DNA from: Chiloscyllium plagiosum
Lineage: Eukaryota
Direction of reading: 5' to 3'
NCBI RefSeq assembly: GCF_004010195.1
Contig: NC_057718.1
Location: 78,169,444-78,189,443 of the forward strand
DNA length: 20,000 bases
Shown: positions 1 to 10,904 of the stretch, piece by piece
How the letters are laid out: every line of letters begins with the position of its first letter
How positions within the stretch are numbered: position 1 is the first letter of the stretch
Made by a program: the position numbers and the translations under genes
Notes under the pieces: generated by a model
What the model saw: the letters and a program-made list of their open reading frames with translations, nothing else
What the model was told of the DNA's origin: nothing
The model's database searches: none

Positions 1-550
1 AGGAATTATAGCGTGTTCTAATACCTCTAACCTTTCCTGGTTAACTTTTAAGTTAAGTGACTTGAAACACTCCAAAATCTCCAGTTCATCTCAGAGTTTC
101 AAAGGGTTTCAGATGGATAACTTGGTAATGGCCCAATTGGAAATTTCAACTTGCCAGGCAATTCCCATAGAAGGAACAGTGTCAGCATCTCCACATGGTC
201 CTGATGCACATCTCCATTCTATGTTGCCCAATAATTACTTTCCTACTAGAAGATTGAGGGCAAAGAGTAGCAAGGCATGAGGAAGTATTTCTGTTAAATG
301 CTCTGCACTGCAGTCTGGTCATCTGTTCAATCTACAGAGGCCAATGATCGGTACATTTACTTTCCGTTTTCTATGATTGTCTTACATTGATTACAGAACT
401 TTAAAATCTGATACTCAGGGGTTGCATTTTCTCTTCAGGTAATAGTTCTGAAAAAGTTAATGTTAATGACTGTATTGAGCTTCAATAATATCATACTGGC
501 TCTGTGGGAATAAAATATCTTAGGATCTCACTGAATGCAGACCTACTCAT

Positions 551-1055
551 TGTCACAAAGCTGGTACGTTTTCTCAAAGTTACTGTGTCCTTGATTTTTT
601 TCAGAGGGTTCATAAAACAGCCCAGGCACTGAAACAGCTGAGTTGGTGCAGAGATGAATGGTTTATTGGGGCCCTTTTTGTTTACCCCTAAACAATTGAT
701 ACCTCAGGCCAAAGGCTTTCATGTTTTAGAAGTAACTTGTATAATGAAAGGGGAATGGCCAATCCTGGCAGCTGAGGTTTTATGGTTCAGTTGTATTGGG
801 ACTGTAGCACGTATTTTCGCAACAGCATCATTAAGTCAGGTTTGGATAGGATAAATTATCGGGTATTCTATTTTCTGTTCTTTCTGTTACATTATGTAAT
901 TTTGTAAATAAATTTTGTTTGTTTAAAACTTGGCAGTCGACCCAGCTAATTTACATCAGGAATATCCACGATACACCTAGCTAAACAAATAGCAAAGTTA
1001 CAGTCTGGGCTACCTGCTTAAAAATGTTTTGATGGGTCCAGTCTAGTCCATAATA
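551..1055 (+). mobile_element. 5' LTR of a decayed Ty3/Gypsy retrotransposon
   Basis: Starts TGTCA. Ends CATAATA (probably decayed ..AACA) just before a PBS-like motif. AATAAA at ~907. Followed by gag. The left boundary is approximate. Confidence 0.65.
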
Positions 1056-1058
1056 GAC

Positions 1059-1077
1059 TGGGAGCTCTTTGCAGGAT
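1059..1077 (+). promoter_or_regulatory. Degenerate tRNA-Pro primer-binding site
   Basis: TGGGAGCTCTTTGCAGGAT resembles the tRNA-Pro PBS TGGGGGCTCGTCCGGGAT and lies between the LTR end and the gag ATG. Confidence 0.6.
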
Positions 1078-1130
1078 CTAAACAGCAAATGGGAGATGTT
1101 AGTGTCTTTTGTTTTGGGTGTCGAATAGCA

Positions 1131-2203
1131 ATGGTTCTTTCAGTCAGCAAAGAGTTTCTGGGGGTGGAAGAAGTGACCCTGGGGGTTTTACAAAAGGCAA
1201 ATAAGACCAAGCTGTGGGAATTAATACACAAGCTGGGGTTGAATTTACCTCCTAATGCGAGGAAAGATGCAATGATTTTAGCTGTTGCTCAATATTTAAA
1301 TTTGCTGGAAACACCATCAGGATCTATAGTGATGGCAAGAATTGCATTTCAAATGAAGCAGCCTGAGTTGGGGATGAGAGATAGGGAAGCGGTAGCTGAA
1401 ATGAAACAGTTTGAGTTATGATTAAAATCAGAAGAAAATGTACACAGGGCTTTAGCAGAAAGGAAAGAAAAAGAGAGAGAGAGTTTGAACCTCAGAAATT
1501 GACACTTAAAAAGGGAAGTCAGCATAAAAGGATGGAGATGAAGGCTGAAGGTAGGCTTAATGAGGAAGAGAGTGAGGATGAGCAAGCCCCTGCTAGGCAA
1601 ACGCCTGGTGAGAAACTGTTTAAGTATGTTCAGGCATTGCCTAAATTTGAAGAGAAGGATGTGGAAACCTTTTTCATCTCATTTGAAAAAGTGGCTAAAC
1701 AAATGGAGTGGCCAGTGACCATGTGGGTTTTGTTGATCCAAACCAAACTTGTAGGTAGAGCTAGTGAGGTCACTATCAGAGGAGGTATTTGGGTAATATG
1801 AGAAGGTGAGAAAAAGCCATGTTAAGTGCTAATGAGCTTGTACCAGAAGCCAATAGACAATGTTTCAGGAATCTAAGGAGGGACCCTGGTCAAACCTATA
1901 TTGAGTTTGAAAGGATCAAACAAAGTAATTTTGATAGATGGATAAGAGCCTTAAAAGTAAAGCAAATTTATGATGCTCTTAAAGAGACAATTATTTTGGA
2001 GGAGTTCAAAAATTGACTGCCTGACATATTGCGAACTCATGTGGAAGAGCAGAGAGTTAAAATGGCGAGGTTAGTAGCTGAAGTGGCTGATGACTATGAG
2101 TTGATCCATAAACCGTGAGTTGACTTCCTAAATCAATTCCAATCCATGAGGGATAGAGGCTGGGGAAAAGAGAAATCCTTACACGGAAGGGGAAAGGTAG
2201 ATC
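1131..2203 (+). pseudogene. gag: Disrupted Gypsy (Gmr1-like) gag with a SCAN-like capsid domain
   Basis: ORF pieces 1089-1421, 1418-1801, 1819-2016 and beyond join across frameshifts: LPKFEEKDVETFFISFEKVAKQMEWP..W..LIQTKLVGRA / ELVPEANRQCFRNL..GQTYIEF..FDRW / ETIILEEFKN*LPDILRTHVEEQ..ADDY. Confidence 0.85.
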
Positions 2204-2209
2204 CCAGTG

Positions 2210-3731
2210 TTGATCATAACCATTCCATCAGTTTACTTTCGATTATCAATGAAGTGATGGAAGGCATTATCAACAGTGCTATCAAGCACCACATGCTCAG
2301 AACCAAACTAAGCAGATTATTGCTATCAGGGTCACTCTGCTCCTGACCTCATTACAGCCTTGGTTCAAACATGGACAAAAAAACTAAATTTTAGAGGTGA
2401 AGTGAGAGTAAACTGATGGAATCTTCACATCAAGGCCACATTTAACCAAGTAGTCTCAAGGAGCCTGAGCAAAACCAGAATCAATGGAAATCGGGTGGGG
2501 GCTCTACTAGTTGGACTCAATCCTGGAAATTGGTCTTGGTTGTTGAAAGTCAGTCATCTCAGCTCCAGGGCATGTTTGCAGGAGTTCCTCTTTGTTCTAG
2601 GCCCAGCCATCTTCATCTGCTCTCTCAATGATCCCTCCATCATAAGGTCAGAAGTGGTAATGTTCGCTGATGATTGCACAATGTTCAGCATTGTCCGTGA
2701 TTCCTGAGATACCGAAGCAGTCCATGTTCAAATGATATATAATCTGGACAATACCTAGGCTTGGGCTGACAAGTGGCAAGTAACATTCATGCTATACAAA
2801 TACCAGGCTATGACCATCACCAACAAGAGACATTCTAACCACAACCCCTTAACATTCAGCAATGTTACCATCACTGAATCCCCACCACCAACATCTTGGG
2901 GCTTACCATTGACCAGAAACTCACTGGACTCCTCATATAAACACAGTGGCTACAAGAGCAGATCACAAGCTAGGAATACTGTGGCAAGTAACTCACCTCC
3001 TGACTCCCCAAAGCCTACTTAGCATCTATAAGGCGCAAGTCAAGAGTGTGATAGAATATTAGGAAAACGTGAGGACTGCAGATGCTGAAGATCAAAGTGG
3101 AGGTTGTGGTGCTGGAAAAGCACAGCAGGTCAGGCAGCATCCGAGGAGCAGGAGAATCGACGCTTATGCCCAAAATGTCGCTTCTCCTGCTCCTCAGATG
3201 CTGCCTGATCTGTTGTGCTTTTCCAGCGCCACAGTCTCGACTGTAATGGAATACTCCCGATTTGCCTGGATAAGTGCAGCTTTAACAACATTCAAGCTTG
3301 ACACTATCCAGGACAAAGCAGCTCACCTGATTGGCACCATATCCACAAACATCCACTTCCACCACCACCAAAACACAGTAGCAGCAGTGTGTACTATCTA
3401 CAAGATGCGCTACAGATATTCACCAAAGATCCTTAGACAGCATCTTCCAAACACATAAACACTTCTATCTAGAAGGACGAGGGCTGCATAACACCATCAC
3501 CTGCAAATTCCCTGTAAACCACTCACCATCCTGACTTGGAAATATATTGCTGTTCCTTCACTGTCACTGGGTCAAAATCATGGAATTCCCTCCATAAGGA
3601 CATTGTGAGCCAACCAACAGGGACTGGAATGGTTTAAGAAGGCAAATCACCATCAACTTCTCCAGGTAAATGGGATGGGTCATAACTGCTGGCCAGTCAG
3701 CGATGCCCATGTCCTACAAGTGAATAAAAGA
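2210..3731 (+). mobile_element. 5'-truncated, decayed CR1/L2-group LINE (RT region and 3' end), interrupted at 3061-3241
   Basis: RT motifs SISLLSIINEVMEGIIN, VLGPAIFIC, VMFADDCTMF, then YKAQVKSV.EY..AW..A..TT.KLDTIQ. Many stops and frameshifts. Ends near GAATAAAAG at ~3730. Confidence 0.85.
3061..3241. mobile_element. Penelope-like terminal fragment in fold-back form
   Basis: Inverted arms 3105-3161 and 3177-3233. Degenerate TSD TGTGATAGAATA (3047-3058) / TGTAATGGAATA (3242-3253). Related to 5421-5550 and 19257-19373. Confidence 0.75.
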
Positions 3732-3828
3732 AGCTAGTCTTTATTCACCAATAACTATTTCATCCAGGTTTTCATGTAAGAGGCTTGAGCTGATTTTCCA
3801 ACCAATCAGTCAGTTAAAATCAGGCAAG

Positions 3829-4156
3829 TTAGATTAGATTAGATTTGATTTCCTACAGTGTGGAAACAGGCCCTTCGGCCCAATTAGTCCACACCCACCC
3901 TCCGAAGAGCAACCCACCCAGACCCATTCCCCTACATTTACCCCTTCACCTAACACTATGGGCAAGTTAGCATGGCCAATTCACCTAACCTGCACATCTT
4001 TGGACTGTGGGAGGAAACCGGAGCACCTGGAGGAAACCCACACAGACACATGGAGAATGTGCAAACTCCACACAGACAGTTGCCCGAGGCAGGAATTAAA
4101 CGCGGGTCTCTGGTGCTGTGAGGCAGCGGTGCTAACCACTGTGCCACCGTGCCACC
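3829..4156 (-). mobile_element. Full-length tRNA-derived V-SINE (HE1-like)
   Basis: Minus strand begins GGTGGCACGGTGGCACAGTGGTTAGC (A box) with B-box-like GTTTAATTCC. V-domain GGTTTCCTCCCACAGTCCAAAGATGTGCAGGTTAGG, CR1-like tail and (AATCT)n terminus. Confidence 0.9.
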
Positions 4157-4334
4157 CCTTATCAAACTGACATCACACTGGCCCAGCACTACAATCTTCA
4201 CCATTTTTTTCAAGTGAGCCAAGGTTCCCGCCTCAGGAAGACACAGACTTTGTTAAAGTATGAACACCAATGCAATTGGGTTTCTAATTAAAATAGCAAT
4301 TAAACTGTCTCTGTGTCTTCTTCTGCAGGCACAT

Positions 4335-4425
4335 CCTGCCATCATTCTTTAGCAGGTGGAGAAATGTTAGAGGAGGATGATATAATCAATTGTGTCAAAG
4401 GTTTCAGACAAATCAGGAGGGATTA
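4335..4425 (-). mobile_element. Small ancient L2 RT fragment
   Basis: Minus translation PDLSETFDTIDY.ILL resembles the L2 RT motif LDLSAAFDTVDH.ILL. Confidence 0.55.
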
Positions 4426-4730
4426 AGCTTCATATGGTCTCACCAAAATCTTCTCCTCTTCGTCAAACTCTCATCAAAGATGCACCCTAATGGTTCTAGT
4501 GTAACCGTTACCCAGTAACAAGATTCAGCTTGCTTTTTTGAAGAAACTGGAGGAGGGGGAAGAATCACGTTGTCCTCATGGAGGAAGAGGAGAACAGGCA
4601 GGATGAAGACATTGATTGAATCGATACTACTGTTGCCAGCACCAGCTTAGAGGACAAGTGCACCTGATGTCACATAAGTTAGAGACTATGGTTGCATAAT
4701 TATATAGTCAGTTGCATAGTTAATAAGGTG

Positions 4731-5069
4731 AGCAGGATGGCACAGTGGCTCACTGCAGCCTCACAGTGCCAGGGACCCAGGTTTGATTTCAGCCTTGGTG
4801 ACTATCCATGTGAGTTTACACATTCTGCACATGTTTGCTTGGGCTTCCACCAGGTGCTCCAGTTTCCTCCCACAATCCAAAGATGTACAGGTTAGGTTTG
4901 GCCACAATGAATTGCCTCGTTGTGTCCAGGGATGGGCAGGCTAGGTGGATTAACAATGGTAATTGAGGAGCTATGGCAATAGAGTTGGGGGATGGCTCTG
5001 GAATGGATGCTTTTTGGAGGGTCAGTGAGCCAAATGGCCTCTTTCTGGAGTGTAGGGATTATCTGATTC
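4731..5069 (+). mobile_element. Diverged V-SINE (HE1-like) copy
   Basis: TGGCACAGTGG A box, GGTTTGATTTC B box, CAGGTGCTCCAGTTTCCTCCCACAATCCAAAGATGTACAGGTTAGG core and CAAATGGCCT...TGTAGGGATT tail. Confidence 0.85.
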
Positions 5070-5128
5070 CAACAACAGAGTTGCATACGAAAATTTGCCA
5101 TGTGCTGTGAATTTCATTTGACACTAAC

Positions 5129-5329
5129 TGAAATTAGAAAAACATAGGGTGGAAGGAAGACCGTCTCCATTGGCATCTCACAAGCTGTTAAATGAGTGAT
5201 CCGATTTTTTTTAGTCAACAGCACTGATGTTGTTACAAATTGTACAGGATTGTTGTCTTCAGCACAAAGTACTGTCTTGTGTGGATGTGATAGTGGCAAA
5301 CTCTTTTGAAAAGAGTCAGTAAAACAAGT
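5129..5329 (-). CDS. Candidate internal coding exon of an unidentified host gene (201 nt, phase 0/0)
   Basis: Acceptor CTTCTGCTTTTACAG, 67 open codons (TCFTDSFQKSLPLSHPHKTVLCAEDNNPVQFVTTSVLLTKKNRITHLTACEMPMETVFLPPYVFLIS), donor GTTAGT. Non-repetitive context. No homology recognised. Confidence 0.3.
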
Positions 5330-5420
5330 CTGTAAAAGCAGAAGTGGTTTGATGGAATCTGGAATAGATTTATGTTATGTGTCCTCTGTTGTCTCAGTTG
5401 CAAGATTGTTCCTGCGTTTA

Positions 5421-5782
5421 GGTAAAAACAATGACTGCAGAGGCTGGAAACCAGATTCTGGATCAATGGTGCTGGAAGAGCACAGCAGTTCAGGCAGCAT
5501 CGAGGAGCTTCAGCAAAATCGACATTTCGGGCAAAAGCCCTTCATCAGGAATAAAGGCAGAGAGCCTGAAGCGTGGAGAGATAAGCTAGGGGAGGGTGGG
5601 GTGGGGAGAAAGTAGCATAGAGTACAATGGGTGAGTGGGGGAGGAGAAGAGCTTCAGGGCGGAGGAAATGACCTGGGAGTTGCAGTGGGAGAGGGACTCC
5701 CTGAGATTCTTGTAGACATAGGAGGAAAACTTCTTCAAGTCAGGCATCCTTGCAAGAGGATTCGCACTCTCCACGCTTCAGG
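5421..5782 (-). mobile_element. Penelope-like element end (pseudo-LTR with hammerhead) plus a short inverted piece
   Basis: Reverse complement matches 19257-19373. Contains a hammerhead motif at 5519-5550. 5767-5782 is an exact inverted copy of 5565-5580. Confidence 0.75.
5519..5550 (-). ncRNA. Minimal type I hammerhead ribozyme motif (near-intact)
   Basis: Minus strand UC-CUGAUGA-A-GGGC-UUUU-GCCC-GAAA-U-GUC-GA. Core boxes and stem II are intact; the stem III palindrome ACGU reads AUGU. Confidence 0.75.
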
Positions 5783-6730
5783 ATAATCGTGGCTGATCAT
5801 CCAACACAATATCCTGTTCCCACCTTCTCCGTAAAGCTTTTATATACCTTTGGCCCCAAGAATTATATATATCGCCTTCTTGAACACATGCAATGTTTCG
5901 GCCTCAACTGCTTAGCACTCTCTGGGTGAAGAAATTTCACCTCATCTCAGCCTAAATGACCCACCCCATATCTTTACTGTGGGGTTCTGGACTCCCCGTC
6001 ATTGGGAACATTTTTCCTGCCTTTGCCTTGTTTAACCTGTTAACATTTTATAGGGTTCTATAGGCCCTCTCATTCTCCTAAACTGCAATGAACTGAGCCG
6101 GACTCTCTCATACATCAGTCCTGTTATCCCAGGAAGCAGTCTGGTAAATCTTAGTTGTACTCCCTCTATAAACAGAGAATCCTTCCTCAGATAAGTTCAA
6201 AACTGCACTAAATATTCTTAATGCTGTACTCAAATCCTCTTGGTATCAAGGTCAAAATATGATTTGCCTTCTTAAAAAGGGTTCTGGCAAAGGATCACTG
6301 GACTCAAAACGCGACCTCTGTATTACCCCACAGATTCTGCCAGACCTGCTGAGTTTCTCCAGCAATTTTTTGTTTTATGATATCTTCATCATCTGCAGCT
6401 CTTTATTTTATTAAACAATTTGCCTTTTTCACCACCTGCCTCATGTACATGCCTACTTTCAGAGACTAATATACAAGAACACCCAGGTCTCATTGCAATT
6501 CCCCTTTTCCAATCTGTTCATTCAGATAATAATCTGTCTTCCTGTTTTGCTACCAAGTGGCTAACCTCATATTTATCTACATTATACTTCATCTGCCACC
6601 CAGTTGCTCACTCAACTTCTCCAAATCACACTGAAGCATATCTGCATCCTCCTGACAGTTCACCCTCCCAGCCAGTTTTGTCTTGTCTGCAAAATTGGAG
6701 ATATTGCATTTGTTCCATCATCTATATCAT
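5783..6730 (-). mobile_element. Decayed CR1 LINE 3' region, interrupted at 6274-6417
   Basis: Antisense CR1-type segments GGCTGATCATCC, CTCTCTGGGTGAAGAAATTT..CTCATCTCAG, CCAAGTGG.TAACCTCA.ATTT.TC.ACATT and TGTC.TCTGCAAA (FADD region). Confidence 0.8.
6274..6417 (+). mobile_element. Short Penelope-like terminal fragment with a decayed hammerhead
   Basis: TSD ATTTGCCTT(C/T)TT at 6262-6273 and 6418-6429. Same family as 17445-17590 (GCCAGACCTGCTGAGTTTCTCCAGCAATTT...CATCTGCAG). Confidence 0.7.
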
Positions 6731-6950
6731 TACTCTAGAGTCTTTTATCTCTGGACCTCTGCACTATGGTCCTTGCTAACTATAAATCCAACATAAGAAT
6801 TTTACAAACTATAAGCAATAAAAATGGTATAAATTCTCCCTGGGCCTTACACAATCAGCTAGTTCCACTTGCGCACCCTCATGTTTTGACACAATTCCCA
6901 GACTGCTTCTAGAAGGTAAAATCTTATCAGATCCTATGGCTATTCTGTCA

Positions 6951-7115
6951 CCAGAGAGAGATGACTGGTGCTGATTTAACTTGAGGGTCACTAGAAGCTG
7001 AGATGTTGAGAAGGCGAGACCTTCAGGGTAATCTCAGCCAGTGCAAGAATTGAATCTATGCTGTTGGCATCTCTCTGGCATTGCCAACCTGCTGTCCAGC
7101 TAACTGAGCTAATCA
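6951..7115 (-). mobile_element. tRNA-derived SINE fragment (second family)
   Basis: Minus strand TTAGCTCAGTTAGC (A box), GATTCAATTCT (B box), then GTGACCCTCAAGTTAAATCAGCACCAGTCATCTCTCTC. Confidence 0.65.
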
Positions 7116-7120
7116 ACTGA

Positions 7121-8046
7121 TCTCAGACTGCTTCACTGTGGTGCTGCCTGTCAGAGACTGTTCCTAGACTGTTTCACCACAATGCTACTACAGGACGCTG
7201 CTAGCAGGCTGCCTCACTATAATGCTGACAGTTGGATATTATTTTATTACCTATTCACTGCAATTCTGCTACAAAACACTGTTCCCAGACTGCTTTACTT
7301 TGATGATGAGATGGACATTCTTCCTACACTGCTTCACTATGCTGCTGCTATAGGTCTGGAAATTGGGACTGGGTTGGGGGAGTAGATGGCAGGGATGATG
7401 GATGGGAGGGTTTTGATGGTCAGGCCGTGTAGGCTTGGGTGAAGAGAGATTGTGAGGACCCAGGAAGCGAGTGGTGAGATTATGATCCAGCAAAGCACCA
7501 GAGGGGAAGGAGGTTGGTGCAGAGAACTGGGAGGGGAACATGGAAAGGAGGCAGAGAAAGAGAGAGCCTCCCACCTCTTTGGCTGTCCTTGCCACTCCCC
7601 TACCCTGTCATGGCGACTAGGTGCTCCTTGTCAAATCTTTCCCCGTCCCCATACCTCTACTCCCGATTTCCCAGGCTCTCATCTTCCCTTCTCACTCTGA
7701 GAGCTTCCCCCCATTCAGCGCAGCCTCTCTACACCACTGAAGCCCAGTTCAAACTCACACATGCACATGCACAGTGATGTATTTGTGCATGATGTTACAA
7801 GTAAAATCTACATTTTGATGTCATTGCTTGGAAACATATGTCTCTGAATGAGCATGCATGCAAAGTTGCCCACAATTGTTGCTGTCAGCAAACACTGCCA
7901 CCCCAGAATGCTTCATTGCAATGATGCTAGAGGACATTGTTGCCAGTCTACTTCACTGGAAAGCCAACTGTCAGATATGTTCTCATACAGTTTCACTATC
8001 TTGCCAACTGTCAGATACTGTTCCCAGACTGCTTCACTGCAATGCT
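7121..8046 (+). repeat. Degenerate ~40-bp minisatellite (core CTGTTCCCAGACTGCTTCACTGCAATGCT) in two blocks, 7121-7350 and 7880-8046
   Basis: Core variants near 7121, 7158, 7205, 7250, 7279, 7321, 7903, 7940, 7978 and 8018. Confidence 0.7.
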
Positions 8047-8064
8047 ATATTTTGGATTGTGGAC

Positions 8065-9759
8065 ACCCTCATCTTCAAGCAGAAGGGGGAGAGGGAGGAA
8101 CTCAAAAATTGGAGACCAACCTCACTATTGAATGCGGATTACAAAATTCTGTCAAAGGTAATCGCCAACCGGGTCAGGTCTGCTCTCGGGTCGGTGATTC
8201 ACCCTGACCAAACCTGTGTTGTGCCGGGCAGAAAGATCGCTGAGAGCCTCGCGCTCCTCAGGGATACGATCGCCTACGTGCAGGACAGGGGGTTGGACAC
8301 CTGCCTGGTCAGCCTGGACCAGGAGAAAGCCTTTGACAGGATATCACACAGGTATATGAGAGATGTTCTCTCCAAAATGGGCTTTGGGGAGGGAATCTGC
8401 AATTGGATCAGACTGCTCTACACCAACATTGTCAGTGCAGCCTCAATCAATGGGTGGGAATCAGATAGCTTCCCAGTCAGATCTGGAGTCAGGCAGGGCT
8501 GCCCCCTCTCTCCTGCCTTGTTTATGTGCTGCATANNNNNNNNNNNNNNNNNNNNNNNNNNNNNNNNNNNNNNNNNNNNNNNNNNNNNNNNNNNNNNNNN
8601 NNNNNNNNNNNNNNNNNNNNNNNNNNNNNNNNNNNNNNNNNNNNNNNNNNNNNNNNNNNNNNNNNNNNNNNNNNNNNNNNNNNNNNNNNNNNNNNNNNNN
8701 NNNNNNNNNNNNNNNNNNNNNNNNNNNNNNNNNNNNNNNNNNNNNNNNNNNNNNNNNNNNNNNNNNNNNNNNNNNNNNNNNNNNNNNNNNNNNNNNNNNN
8801 NNNNNNNNNNNNNNNNNNNNNNNNNNNNNNNNNNNNNNNNNNNNNNNNNNNNNNNNNNNNNNNNNNNNNNNNNNNNNNNNNNNNNNNNNNNNNNNNNNNN
8901 NNNNNNNNNNNNNNNNNNNNNNNNNNNNNNNNNNNNNNNNNNNNNNNNNNNNNNNNNNNNNNNNNNNNNNNNNNNNNNNNNNNNNNNNNNNNNNNNNNNN
9001 NNNNNNNNNNNNNNNNNNNNNNNNNNNNNNNNNNNNNNNNNNNNNNNNNNNNNNNNNNNNNNNNNNNNNNNNNNNNNNNNNNNNNNNNNNNNNNNNNNNN
9101 NNNNNNNNNNNNNNNNNNNNNNNNNNNNNNNNNNNNNNNNNNNNNNNNNNTCCGTCAGGAAGTGGTCAGCACGTAGTGTCCTTGAGATCCTTCGGGAAAA
9201 GGAGAGGGCGGATCCTGTCGAGCGGTTCGCTGAGCAGACTGTCAAAGCCATTTGGCAGGATGCCTCATCGCCAGAACTTTCCAACACGCACCAAGACATG
9301 GCTTGGCTGGTGGTGAGAAGGGCTCTGCCTGTGAGATCATTTATGCACGCCCGGACTCTCTGCCGCACCGCACGCTGCCCTCGAAGCGGTTGCGGGGGGA
9401 ACGAGACTGTCATATACCTCCTTCTGGAATGTGCCTATGCAGAGGGAGTCTGGAGAGGAATGCAGTGGTGTTTGTCGAGGTTCGTCCCGAGCAGTGCCGT
9501 GACGCGGGACTCCGTGCTCTACGGTCTGTTTCCCGGGACGCACACCGAGACGAACATCAACTGTGCCTGGAGGATCATCAACTCGGTGAAGGACGCTCTC
9601 TGGGTGGTCTGAAACCTGCTGATCTTCCAGCTGAAGGAGTTGACCCCGACTGAGTGTTGCAGACTGGCACATTCCAAGGTCCAGGACTACGTGTTGAGGG
9701 ATGCGCTGAAGCTTGGGGCAGCTGCCGCCAAGGCGCGGTGGGGAAAGATCACTGTGTAA
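8065..9759 (+). pseudogene. Tx1 ORF2 remnant (reverse transcriptase and zf-RVT)
   Basis: NWRPTSLLNADYKILSK, SLDQEKAFDRISH, GVRQGCPLSPALF, CPRSGCGGNETVIYLLLEC. Premature TGA at 9610-9612; the frame continues (NLLIFQ..ARWGKITV) to TAA 9757-9759. The middle lies in the gap. Confidence 0.9.
8536..9150. other. Assembly gap (615 N)
   Basis: Run of N. Confidence 1.
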
Positions 9760-10081
9760 AGTCTGCCTGCCTAACGAAGAACAGGGGGCCCATGCAGTCA
9801 TTTGGGCTCTGCTGACGCCTCAGCTAATTATATGGGCATATGATTGAAAAATGTACAGACCTGTATAAAAATGATAAATTCTGAAATCTGTATGTAAATG
9901 TTTACATATGTATGGCATGACCAATTGTACAGACCATCAAATTATTTTATGAATAAAGTATATTTTTGAAATAAAAAAAATATTTTGGATTGTGGACTGA
10001 CATAGGTAAAGATCTATTTTAAAAAGCAAAAGATGTAAAAGGGATTGCTTTGCTTTTTAAAAGCAAGCTACCAACACATAT

Positions 10082-10876
10082 TGTAAAGTTATTTAGACTG
10101 TGGCTTACTCACCAGTGGGGGAAGATTATTTGCTGATGAACTTGCACCAGGGTGTGTACAAAGTGGGGCTTAGTCAGCAACGAGTAGCTCATTACTCTGT
10201 GGAGTAGTGATGACTTGTCACAAAGCCCCCCTTCCTGCCAACAACTATGTGGTTGGCGTACAAGTAGCTGAACAGTTTGTGGGTGTGAATGGTATAGCAA
10301 GAAGCCTTAGGACCTCCGGACAGGGAGGTGCTGCCTTTCTGTGGTATAACACAACTAAAGCCTGAAGAAAGTCAGTTTATTTCCCTCATCAATTGCTGTA
10401 GGCTGTGGCTTGTAGCCAATAAGACAGCAATTTCTAAACCAGTCACATTGTGCCTCTTGATAGCAGATGAAAGTATTTCGAGAAGAAAGATCAAGGACCA
10501 GCAAGTCATTGTGAACCAAAAGGAACACCTGAGTGAACCATGAAGACAGGGACTACTGAACTTCATTCCCATCCATCCATACCACTGACTTTTTTTGCAT
10601 CTTTCTTTATGTGTGTGCAAGGACAATTTTATAACAGGTTTGAGAGTTTCAGTGGAGTTACATGTCAACAATTCATATTTGTTTACCTACAGTAATTTGT
10701 AATAAGTAATAATTCTTGTTCAGCACAGGAACCTGGTCCATGCTTCTGTTAACCTGGATCTAAAAAGACAGGCAGATTTGGAATTTTGTGAACATTGATA
10801 AAATCTTTAACTTCTGTGACAACTCCAGGATTAGCAAGACTTGATTTCCAATGTGCTAACTCAATGAGTTGCGACA
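10082..10876 (+). mobile_element. Solo LTR (795 bp)
   Basis: TGT...ACA termini flanked by a 4-bp direct repeat ATAT (10078-10081, 10877-10880). No internal coding sequence. Orientation is tentative. Confidence 0.65.
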
Positions 10877-10904
10877 ATATTCAAGATGGAAATCAATAGA
10901 TTTC

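Larger units (their letters stand above)
8065..9979 (+). mobile_element. 5'-truncated Tx1 (L1-clade) non-LTR retrotransposon
   Basis: Perfect TSD ATATTTTGGATTGTGGAC at 8047-8064 and 9980-9997. RT motifs, C-terminal zinc knuckle, AT-rich 3' UTR, AATAAA and a short poly(A). Confidence 0.93.

Noticed and set aside
62..460. 72-aa ORF and a minus-strand splice acceptor near 448
   Set aside because: No recognisable homology, and all frames after the acceptor stop within 16 codons.
4085..4156. tRNA gene
   Set aside because: It is the tRNA-derived head of a SINE, continuous with the SINE body and tail.
7121..8046. CRISPR-like repeat-spacer array
   Set aside because: The units are highly degenerate with no constant repeat/unique spacer structure, there are no cas genes, and the context is eukaryotic.
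7858..8064. N-terminus of the 584-aa ORF as a novel domain fused to RT
   Set aside because: It is flanking minisatellite and TSD that happen to be in frame with the truncated Tx1 ORF2.
8363..9413. Long ORFs of 216-331 aa
   Set aside because: These are artefacts of reading through Ns in alternative or antisense frames of Tx1.
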